64,000 nucleotides of DNA from Ruditapes philippinarum. Its lineage: Eukaryota. Numbering within the stretch: position 1 is the stretch's first letter; every line of letters begins with the position of its first letter. Positions 28,740 to 39,240 of this stretch are shown one piece after another. The notes beneath the pieces are model-generated. The model was given only the letters and a program-made list of their open reading frames with translations, was not told where the DNA came from and ran no database searches. The stretch spans positions 124,001 to 188,000 of the forward strand of contig NW_026856914.1 in the NCBI RefSeq assembly GCF_026571515.1, in the 5' to 3' direction. A program made the position numbers and the translations under genes.

Positions 28740-30002
28740 GGACACGATATATTTTTTACAGATTTTAAACTACTTTTTGCCTGTCATATGAATGCATATT
28801 TTAATCCCTCTTATGACTCGATGTTTATCTTAAATAAATATGACCTAAAATAAATATCTGATTAGTTGCATGCTATAGCGGACTTAATTGGTTGTCAATT
28901 AAAGTCCGTGTTGATAACTAAGATTAAAAAAAAAATTGTCTGATCATGTGATCCAAAACTGTTTTCTGAAAATGAATGTCGAACACTAGATATTTAGGGT
29001 GTGATATATTCGAAGCTGCCATTAATATAAAGATGGGCAATAGTTCCGGACATATTCTAACGCAATCAATTATATAAATATCAGCGACAATCTTCTTAGT
29101 ATTTGACGAAATTGGAAATGAAATAACTTGTTTATAGCAGTAAGTTGAAACATTATGTTTTAGTTTTATTTTTGATTAAGTAAAAACAAATTTTGTAAAA
29201 TTTAACAGACATTTTAAATCTTAAACAGACATTAAATATTGAATGAGTAATTATTGATCAAAAATGAAATAGAAATCGAAAATGAAAATCAGGAGCGTTT
29301 AAATATGTGTTTGGATGAACAGGGAATGTCGCATGATTGTAAAATTTTGCTATGTTTGTTACTAGATTTATTACGCATTTTTTCTACCGATCGCAAAGAT
29401 AGAATTTACGAAATCAACGACCAGTAGAATCGTCAACTGTTGAAGTAGATTTATCTTTACAATATACACATGTAGTTAATTAATAAGTAAGTGATTGATT
29501 GATAATAATTGATTGTTTGATTGATTGACTGAAAGAATTAGTGATTTAGTGACTGAGTGGCTTTGTGAGTGAGTGAGTGAGTGAGCGAGCGAGTCCTATT
29601 CCTGCTGGTGTATGCATGCATATTGTCTGCCACCAGAGACTTCAAACGTACGAGGGCTGTTCCACATATTCGTGGAATTTTATCGTAGATATGTTAGTAA
29701 TAGACAGATGTAAAATATTTTTTTTTCATAGACATGAAACAACACTTTTGCATCCGACCATACAGTTTTCATTCAAATATAACTATGAAAAAAAAATAGT
29801 TACATCGATTTATATAACACCATGAATCATACATTGGCCGGCTTCAAATGTGAGTCAACGCATGAGCATTAATAACAGACAAGAATAAAGATCAACAAAG
29901 CAAAAGACAACATTCACAGGACGCAGCCCCGACACACACAAAGTAGGGCACCCAGAAGGCACCCAGAAGTCAAGTCACACTTTCCACTAATTCTGCTGTA
30001 TA

Positions 30003-30746
30003 TTATTGTGGCGGTTGCGGTTTATTTTCAAACCAGCGAAATATTTTATCGTTTGATCATAAAATGTCGCGGGCATCTTACAAATCCGCGATTATTTTTT
30101 TTTGTCGAAATCGTACAAAATGTCGCGGGGAACGTAATAACCTCGATATCTTATAACAGTTGTTGGAAACAGCAAGGAACATTTTTGACTTGAGTGGCCG
30201 GTAGCGTCCATGGGTTTGACTCTACTTTTTTATCCCTCATTTTGTCTATAACAAGTCGAGAAACGGAAAGAAATCCGCGACATTTTTTGCAATTGTTGTT
30301 AAGAAATTCTACAAAATGTCGAGGGGAAAAATTATAGGCCCCCGAATTTTTGTTCTTTAACAACCACATTTTATAAAAGTTGCGGCTAAAAAAGTCACGG
30401 CTTTTGTAAAGAATCCGCGACTTTTTTAGTCGCGACTTTTTGCGCATCACAATGCTGAATGCTCAAACTCGACTTTTTACTAGGTATGCATCAAAACAAA
30501 ATATCACGGATTATAATGGCCGTAATCGGCTAGCTTTATTCTGCTATTAACACAGAACTTGTCGCAGTTTCCTTCTTAAATCTCGACTTTTTACGACAGA
30601 AGTGTGATAGGAAAACTCGGGAATTCTATAAGGGGCGACATTTTATACACAAACTATCGCGGATTTAAAAGTTGCCCCGCGACATTTAATATAACTGACG
30701 GTAAAATTTCTAGCGGCTTTAAAATGGGCGCTATCGGCCACCATAG
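30003..30746. mobile_element. TA-flanked MITE with long imperfect TIRs (Tc1/mariner-like)
   Basis: Left TA|TTATTGTGGCGG...AAATGTCGCGGG versus right CCCGCGACATTT...GGCCACCATAG|TA. Internal AAATGTCGCG/CGCGAC repeats. Confidence 0.65.
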
Positions 30747-31593
30747 TATATACACAATGTGGCCATGTACCCCTCAACGTGAATATGATTCTTTAGTTTT
30801 AAACATATTTATTGTATATATATACATACATACATACAACAAACATTATCGGGGGCCTATGATCTAATGGTGTCCTGGTGGCGCGGCGAAACTCCTGAAT
30901 GCTATCGAATTTCTTCCGCTTTGATTTTCGGGAATAGGAGCAGGATATGGAGAATATGGTGGATTCTCCAATACTTCAAATCCAGCAGATTATTGGTAGA
31001 TCAGGAAGTGTTGGAACACATCATCCAGACCCAACCCTGATCGTTTCCTGACATCGCGTTTTACAAGGTCTCATAGAGATCAGTGTACATGGCTTTGAGA
31101 CTTTAGCATTGCCTAGTGAACATTTTAAAAAGACATATGATTTTTGGCCCTAAGTTAAAATGGCTCCGCTCTGCCATAAATGTGACCGAGTGATTTATTT
31201 CTGCATTGAAATGAAAGAAAATTCGAATCCAACGTATAATATAATACGTTGGGCAAAATTTATTAACAACATTTCTGACAATCGCGTTTACAAGGTCTCA
31301 TAGAGATCAGTGCATAGAGATGAGCATTTTTGACGACATGATGTCTGGTCATCGTGTCTTGTGTGTCATTATCCTTAAGTTTTGAAAAACATCGCCTAAT
31401 TTACATGGTACATTTTAATCAGACTTTCAAGAAATGTTTAACTTTCAGGTGACCCTCTGCACAGAGTGTTAAATAAATCGGGTGTAATCCACAAGAATGA
31501 CACATGAGAATCAAATAAACTTTTTTAAGATAAAATATTTTATAAAAACTTTGTCACAGGGATGATATAAAATATTCATCCTGATTTTTTGTT

Positions 31594-31952
31594 GAATCGA
31601 ACCTGGGACCTTTGGAATAACCGTTTCGCGGCTCTACAGACTGAGCTATCCGGTCGCTTACACATCTCTCTCCCCCCCCCCCCCCCCCAAAAAAAAAAGT
31701 GAACAGTTCTGAACCCTGACATACTACCGCGCTATATTGAAATTCTGCCTCGAATTTCTTAGGTTATAGATCAATGCTAATTAAACTCTAGCTATATGCA
31801 GTCACTGTCCTCCGTCGGGCGGCAAATGTCACAGGGTAAGAAATATGTGCAGCCTGACCGGGGTTTGAACCCGGGACCCTCGGAATACTGTTCTGCGGCT
31901 CTACCGACTGAGCTATCCGGTCGCTAACACTTCTTTCCAACAGCTCTGAACC
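31594..31952 (-). mobile_element. Miniature LTR retroelement (TRIM-like) with tRNA-derived LTRs
   Basis: On the minus strand the LTR at 31929-31827 starts TG and ends CA and contains A box TAGCTCAGTCGG and B box GGTTCAAACCC. It is followed by PBS-like TTTGCCGCCCGACG, a ~165-bp internal region, a G/A polypurine tract, and a second truncated LTR at 31662-31594. Confidence 0.7.
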
Positions 31953-32400
31953 GTTTCAATTTTATTAATGTTCACAAAAACTGCCATGCACAGCGCTTAT
32001 ATATTTGAAATGCACCACTACCGTGTGTTCATTTACCAAAGTTATACAAATTATGGCCCTGAGTTCAACACAAGCCCGTCCTGGTGTAACCTTTACTTTG
32101 TGTAACCCTAACTTTATATAAACTTATATAGAAACACACATTTAAAACGTTAAACTTGTTTTGTTTGATGATAAAATAATAAAATGCCAATCAAAAGTTG
32201 ATGATTCTCTGTAATTTAACATATCAATCGCAATACACAGATCGGATACGGTATTTCGGTCTAACTTACGCATGTAAACATGCTGGGAGTTGCCGACAAG
32301 TTTTTTTCCAATATATCATGTAAAAGTCCACCTAAAATAAGTTAATTCATAGAAACAAAGCAGACAATACATTATTTATATATTTATTATTATGGTTGTA

Positions 32401-32412
32401 GAAAGCGAAAGT
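32401..32412 (+). promoter_or_regulatory. IRF-element/ISRE-like motif GAAAGCGAAAGT
   Basis: Matches the GAAA(G/C)(T/C)GAAA(G/C)(T/C) consensus, ~0.9 kb upstream of the DUF6119-like ATG. It is a short motif and could be chance. Confidence 0.3.
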
Positions 32413-33277
32413 ACAAAATGCCAACCTGCTGACATTTAGTTGGATTTGTGAAAAATTTGACATCAGTGGGTATATTCAAATCACAAATGGTTGTCCGACA
32501 CATTTTCAATCATATTTGTACAGACTTTATTTTCGTTTGGATGCCAAATATTCGTTTTACATTATCGAAGATTTAACTCTCTGTTTTTTTATTCTGGTAT
32601 AACTACTTTCAATCAGTATTAACTTGGAGGTTATTAATGAAAATAGCCAAGGATGTTCCGATCGATAACATGTACGTTGAAATGCTGCATTGTCTTAAGT
32701 TTGTGTAAGGTTAAGAATTGTCCTGCAGCATCACCTTGTGGTCCTTGTCAAGCGTTGCATAATAAAACGGACAGGACCATAAATGTGACCCCAGTTCTAT
32801 GTTCGTTTTATTTATATAGACATATATAGCATTCAGAAAAAGAAGGATTCTTCAAAACAATGATAAACCATGGCTTTTAGTAATTGCCATTTGGTTCATT
32901 TCTACACTTCCAGTCACTGTGCGATTACAAGTTTCTCCTGAAATGACTCTTTGTTGAGCTACCTGGGACAAGCACGATCCTCATCTTCTGAAGTTTTATA
33001 TTTTACACTTTTCCAATTAAATTCATGCTATTTTTTATGACTGATCTAAGGGGAAATCACATTACTTTGGCGATAATAAGAAAGGAACTACTCAGTAGTC
33101 TTTGTTTATTAAGCATTTTATTTCGACCAACTATGTAAATTTGCATGTTCACTTAGTATATTATATTATATTTACAGCTTGTTATATCAAAGATGTAAAC
33201 GTTGACCTTGGTATTAATTATTAAACACATAAGCATCAGTCAAAGGCAAACATCCATGGTAAATCTGTCGCAACTAC

Positions 33278-35887
33278 ATGGATCGACAGACGAGATTAGC
33301 ACCGATGACGAGCAATATGAAGCAACTTGATTATCTCGACAAAACCTTGGATTACATAAACATCATTAAAATCAATACCAGCGGTTTTAAGAAAAATGAA
33401 CATATTCAAAATCAGGATGATTTAGAAAATGCTGAGGGTATTATAGATGAGATCACTAACGGAAGAAAACGAAAGTCTTCATTCAAAACAAATGCTCCAA
33501 ATTCAAAAATTGCTAGAACCGATCCAAACTTATCAATACCGTCAGAAACTGTCAAAGCTACACAAGGACATGGATACAAGTTTAAACAGCTTTTCCTTCA
33601 ATCGCAAGTAATGGATATGCTGAAGCAGAAACGGGTCAATTTCGAAGTTCATCTATATTTAGTTGAAAACCATATAAGTTCTAAATTTTCTAAAGCCTTT
33701 TCAGAAATTGTTACCAAGGAATGTAAACAAAAGCTTCGTCAAGATAAAGAGGTTACTAAAAGTTACATGCTTTTTTTCTACAGAAATGTAAAAAAGGGAA
33801 AGTTTTTTACACCTGAAATATACGCATTATCTACCGGTTTCGCATGGCGAGTTGTAAAACCGTTTGCAGAGATGAATTTTGCCAAACATGTTGAGAGGCG
33901 GGTTCTTAGTTTTCCGTGTACGAAGTTTCATTATGATCTAATAGATGGGCATATATCCTCGATTTCAAAGTTGGCAAGACCTGGACGTGAAATAACATTT
34001 ACAACATGGGATTTTCTTGGGATATTGGTAAAGAATCGAACCAGACAAATCCGTGACAACTCATCTTTATACTCGTCTAAAATAGATGCATTCGTGACTA
34101 AAACAGGAAAACATATACCGACCAAATTTCAAGTTGGTAAAAACAAGTTGAAAATTCAGCGTAAGCTAAAGTTATCTCAACTCGGACGTTTGCTTGAGCA
34201 TTTTTCCAAAATAATCTCAAACGAAAAGCCGACGTACTTGATTAATGATAAGAAAGAAGAAGAAAAAGATAACCCATTGTTTCAAATGTATGATTTTGTT
34301 TCACAAGTCACTAAAAAAGGGGTTCGCGAAAATTTAAATAAAAAACTGAACAAAACTCTTCAAGACAGTATGGATGGCAAAAATTCAACAATATATTTAA
34401 TGCATAAGAAGAAAAGCGTATGGTCAAAGGCAGATGAGTTCAGTCTTCGATGTTTGGATAAATCAGCTTCGGGATCGAAAAAGAAACACTACAAAACAAT
34501 AAAGAAATGGAATGTCTTTCCAAAACTTGATGATGTCATGCGCGCGTTAAAAAAAGAGTATACACCAAAGTTTCAACCCGAATGGTTAGACAATGTCATA
34601 ATTGAATTTAGAAATATAAAGGCAGCCCTGAAGGAATGCATCTTCAGACGTTTTATTGTAGGAGGCATCGGAACGTATATATATAATCATGGAGAGTGGA
34701 TTGAGATGAAAGCTGAATACCTTTATTGCATTGAAAGGGACTTTGTTGAAATATTGAAGCATCACTGCCAAAGTGATCTACCTTTGCTTCTTCCATGGAA
34801 ACATCTTTGCAAAAAAGGGGAGAAGAAAAAAGATAAAAAGAAAGATGAACAAAAGTTCCAATTACAACAATTCAAGACCGAAACAATGGTACCAAAGTGG
34901 AAAAGTCATTATTAAAAAGTCTGCAAAGGTGAAAATTTACAAGAACTCACAAAGCTTATGGAAGACAAAACCGACCCAGTTTATGACTTTGAACGGTTTC
35001 AAACGATGAGTTCATGCAAGAAAGCTGCGAGCCTGTACAAGCTTTTGGAGTGTAGACTTGAAGAAGACAGCTACAATTCAGCCCATACATTACTGAACAT
35101 GATCTTACCTGATTCATCTGACACGAAAATAATAACATGTGATAAAAAACTGGTGAATGGTATCGAGCTATGCGACATAATGATTTTCGACAAGAGTGCT
35201 ATATACCTTGTTCACGTAAAAGCAAAATTCAATGGAGAATCTATTCGAGCGGTTTGCTCTCAGATAAGAAATGCTGCTGATTACATTTATAGAGAGATAA
35301 CTCTAGGAAGAAGTACTGGTATTTTCGATCAGTACTGGAAGGAGCTCACCAAAGCTGCTGCTAAACCAACAACACACGGAAATGAAGTGAAAAGTGTTTT
35401 GGAAAATATGACAAAGAAAACATTCAAGGAATATTTCAAAGAGGGGCGGGATATCATATTTGTCCTCGCGTGTCGAGACACCAGGAAGAATGCAGAATTT
35501 ATTGAATTTGGTGATAATTCTGGATTATTAAAAGTTCCTTTAGCAGAAGAGATCCAGAAAAAGATTAAAGAGAATACATCTGAAGTCATCTCTAAATTAA
35601 CAAAAGAAAAGTTTCTTACTGAAGATGGACATTTAACAAACAAGTTTATTTTAAAAGGAAAGAACACCAAAGAAGCATTTATAGAAAAAATAAAACAATG
35701 GAAATGTATTAAGAATAAGAAAACGGCAAGAAATGTGTCTAAAGTTCTTATGTCCGGGCTTTCAAAATCAAAATCCACTATCGCTAAAATGGATATCATT
35801 AGACTTCTAAAAGACTTCGAGCGTTACAACGTTGATGATCGCAAGCTACAGCTAAAATTGCTTAGTATCAAAAAGGATTTTCCTTAA
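33278..35887 (+). CDS. TIGR04141/DUF6119-like protein (bacterial-type, C-terminal PD-(D/E)xK-like nuclease motif), interrupted by one in-frame TAA at 34913-34915; possibly a pseudogene or split gene
   Basis: ORFs 33278-34915 and 34958-35887 are in the same frame, joined by TAA then KVCKGENLQELTKL (869 codons in total). Collinear family-like motifs: IYALSTGFAWRVV, NFAKHV, VGKNKLKI, YDFVSQV..K...ENLNKKL, TYIYNHGEWIEM, LPW, EEDSYN, CDKKLVNGIELCDIMIFDKSAIYLVHVK, IIFVLA, IAKMDIIRL. Splice acceptor TTTACAG ends at 33177. Confidence 0.75.
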
Positions 35888-36109
35888 ATGATCCGAACAC
35901 ATCAGTGGTTTTCTTAGCAACTCAGAAAGTAATTAACACATTGCAAACGGAACTTACAACCTAGGAGAAATAAGATGATAAATACTGCAAAATAAGTCAT
36001 TAACTGCGCATAATATGTAATTTATTGCTTGAGTATTTAATAGTTTTACTTTTCTTGAAATTTTAGTACATGCACAATTTTCTCAAGTAAAGTTTTCTTT
36101 AAATATTTT

Positions 36110-36270
36110 AGTTCATCCCGTGGCTTGCAGCATTCAGAAAGTACAATACCCAGAGTTTAGATATTTTGTATGCAGCACCCCCCTTTGGCCCTTTACGAAT
36201 CTTTTTTTTAATTGTGTTCTTTTCTAGCAATGTAAGGTGAGTGATCCAGGTCCATCATGACCCTATGTTT
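36110..36270 (+). mobile_element. Helentron/HINE-like repeat 3' end remnant
   Basis: Terminal AGGTGAGTGATCCAGGTCCATCATGACCCTATGTTT is a short hairpin plus T-run, resembling ends of bivalve Helitron-related repeats. Related decayed cores lie at ~28040-28560, ~31980-32130 and ~58225-58395. Confidence 0.4.
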
Positions 36271-37134
36271 TAGTTTCCCCTTTTGGTCGAACTTGTAAAG
36301 TCCCTATATGATTAATTTTTATACAGGGTCATAATATGATAAACAATTATTTATAGTTATACAGGCAAACTGTCTTAAACATTGACATGTGAAAGTATTT
36401 AGAATTGATATACATGTATTCAATTATCATAATTATTTTCTTTAGATATATTTGTAAATTTGTTGTCTCGGATATACATTAGTTACGCACTATGGAGGAT
36501 ATGGCGTTGGAAGAGAAGGAGACTGTTATTATATGGTTGGCAAAAAATATAAAAAATAAGGACACAGAGAAGAAAAACAATAGCTCTCGATTTAAGACGT
36601 GAAACGATAATTCCACACAAAAACATACATTTATCATGGTAACTTACGCTTTGCAATGTTTTATAATATCCAAATATAACTATAACTATGTAGCTGGCAC
36701 ACAATCATAGAAAATGAGGACTAGGGGGAGAAAATAAAAAAGATTTTCATTTCTTGTTGACATGCGTTATTATAAATGTGACTGAATTCAGGCCCAGCAA
36801 CGTAATACAAAATAAAATAAAGTAATTAATAAGCTAATTATCATAAGATGAATAAATAAAATGGAGGCAATAGAAATATTATAGCTATACAGAGCACAGT
36901 AGTGAAATATAGAGAAGTTGTCCTGTGGCCATTACTGCTTGAAAGAAAAACCTTCGAAATACAACAACACACGTTGAAAATACGATCTCAAACTCTTCAT
37001 ATCTAGTCGAGAGCTTAATACAATATTGCTGAAGATAACAGTTTATCATTTTCGTGTGTTACAAATAGGAGATCAGAAAAGAGAGCGATGTACCTGTACA
37101 TATTTCTTAAGCATTAAAGACAGCTTTAATTCTT

Positions 37135-38310
37135 AGAAGATATAGAGGATATTTGTTTGTTTGTGTGTAAGATGAAATTTTATTTCATCGAGTTGGCTTT
37201 AAAAACAGTATTCTCACGAGTGGCGTAGCCACGAGTGAGAATACTGTTTTTAAAGTTCACGAGATGAAATAAAATTACATCTTACATAACAAACAGACAA
37301 ATTTTCTTTTTATTTTATGCTTAAAAACAAGTTAAAACGAAATTTCCATAATTTTAACGTTAATATTAAAATTTGTTTCCCCCATTGAGAGCCCCATTTA
37401 GACGGAATTTCACATTAAAAACAAAAAGTCTTGAGCTGAAAAATAAGTCCGCCAATCAAGGTTAAATGACGGTGATATTTATTCATTTTATTAAAAAATA
37501 TGAATGATCGCTTGTTTTAATAATAAAAATAAACAATTCTTGTAGGAGAAAAAGTCCAACCATCCATCCATATTTCTGTTACTTACTGCGAATTTATATT
37601 AGACATGGCTTTGTAAATTGTAAGCGGCAGCCATTTTTTAAATTTGTGTATTTCATGGGAGGAAAATAATTGTGTAAGATTCAGAGGGATATAATTTGGA
37701 TTTGTTAGTCATACACCTTTTTAAAAGAAAGAAAACTTATTTGAGGATTGTAACAGACAAAAAATAAGTGTTGACAGATGTGAAAACATTCAGAAAAGGA
37801 GCTTGGAAAATGGAAAACTCGGAAGCTTGCTAAGGAACGCTGCCGCTGGGTTGTTTTACTTATTCTACGAGTGATGGTTGTCAATGCTTTTCAATTTTTC
37901 ATAAAGCATACGGCAGTTATTGCTCGTAGGATACTTTAATATGCCCAAATGTCATCAAGAGCAGTTTTGCATGGGGAAGAAATGTATTTTTCAGACTGTA
38001 AAAACGAAACAAAAAATTTAGAGACGAAATTTGGTGATTGGAATATAAATGAATAAAAGTAAGCTTTCTCTCTTTATTACTTTTGACTTTTAAGTTATTT
38101 ATCTATTTCAGCTTTGCTATTTCTTTTAACAGCCTGACATTGTCAGAATTGTCAGTAAAAATAAAATTGAGGTACCACATGGGGATAATCTTAAAAAAGT
38201 AGTTTCGTCATTGAAAAAAGTGAAATTATATTTTGATAATTTTCACTGTGAAATTATCAAATATAATTTTCACGGATAAATCAGTAATCCACTGAAAAGC
38301 ATAAAATAAA
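37135..38310. mobile_element. Hairpin-terminated interspersed element (possibly non-autonomous Crypton-like)
   Basis: ~150-bp palindrome at 37151-37300 with a perfect 21-bp core stem. TTTATTTTATGCTT (~37309) is inverted to AAGCATAAAATAAA (~38297). A second hairpin lies at 38220-38273. Confidence 0.5.
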
Positions 38311-38962
38311 TAGCTTTACAATACCTAATTAATCGGACTGTAATAGAAACTATTAATTGAAACAAGAAAAGCCATAGATATGATACAAAAGTCAATCGTT
38401 GAGTGCTTTATTAATGTGATATAATGTTTGCGTGTGTAAAAAAAATTATGTTAAAAGTGAGAGCATAAAAAGCTTGCAATACATAGACAAATGTCTGCAG
38501 AAAAGACAAGCAAATATAAAATCTATGTTTATATCATACAATTTAAAAAAGCAGTCATTTCGGTGAAATTATCGATCTAATGACAAATCTTAGTTTCATG
38601 AAAAAATTATAATTGCTATAAGAGTTTACATAACTAAACTTTTATGGAGAACAAAATAAATGTTGCTGCCAAAAGCAAAGGATGATTGTACCCACGGCCT
38701 CATATATTTGTGCCAATGTAAATGATACTTGTCGATATTTGTGTGAACATAGCGGTCTTGTTTTCAACATTTTTGTATTTGCTAAACATTTTATTTGTAG
38801 TTTTTTTGTAACTTGTAAGTACAGTTGACATCATTAAAGTCATCTATCATATTTTAAGTAAATTAATGCTGTTCAGAAATAATTACATATAAAATTATAG
38901 CAATAGCTAATCTGTGTTGCAGCAAATATGCCTTGTATTTAGCCTTCATATTATGCTTAATT

Positions 38963-39240
38963 ATCAAATTGAAAATTATCATTTTCTGTTCAAATTCTTT
39001 TCTGAATCAAACTTATGAAATGCTACATATTGTATTCAATTTAGTGTAATAATTATCTTAAAAAGTTGAAATCGAAAAGGGAAGAGCAACTTAACTTTAG
39101 CTCAATAATCAAATTGCATTTATCATTTTTTTTTGGTCCAAATTGTTTTCTAAATCAATGTGATGAAATGCTACATATTGTATTCAATATAGTGCGATGA
39201 TTAATTAAAGTTAAAATCGAAAAAGGAAAGAGCAACTTAA
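38963..39240. repeat. Tandem duplication of a ~140-bp unit
   Basis: ATCAAATTG...ATGAAATGCTACATATTGTATTCAAT...AAATCGAAAA.GGAA.GAGCAACTTAA occurs twice. Confidence 0.85.

Noticed and set aside
31845-31926. Functional tRNA gene
   Set aside because: It is embedded in an LTR-like TG...CA unit with a diverged second copy, the anticodon arm differs between copies, and the acceptor stem is imperfect.
35329-35799. 156-aa antisense ORF (also 33931-34125, 34586-34771, 46907-47197 and 61265-61531)
   Set aside because: These are shadow frames of real coding sequence on the opposite strand.
33278-35887. Bacterial contamination or a prophage/operon as the explanation for the DUF6119-like ORF
   Set aside because: There are no neighbouring bacterial genes, the composition is AT-rich like the flanks, animal repeats lie on both sides, and a splice acceptor precedes it. 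Read-level confirmation is still needed.
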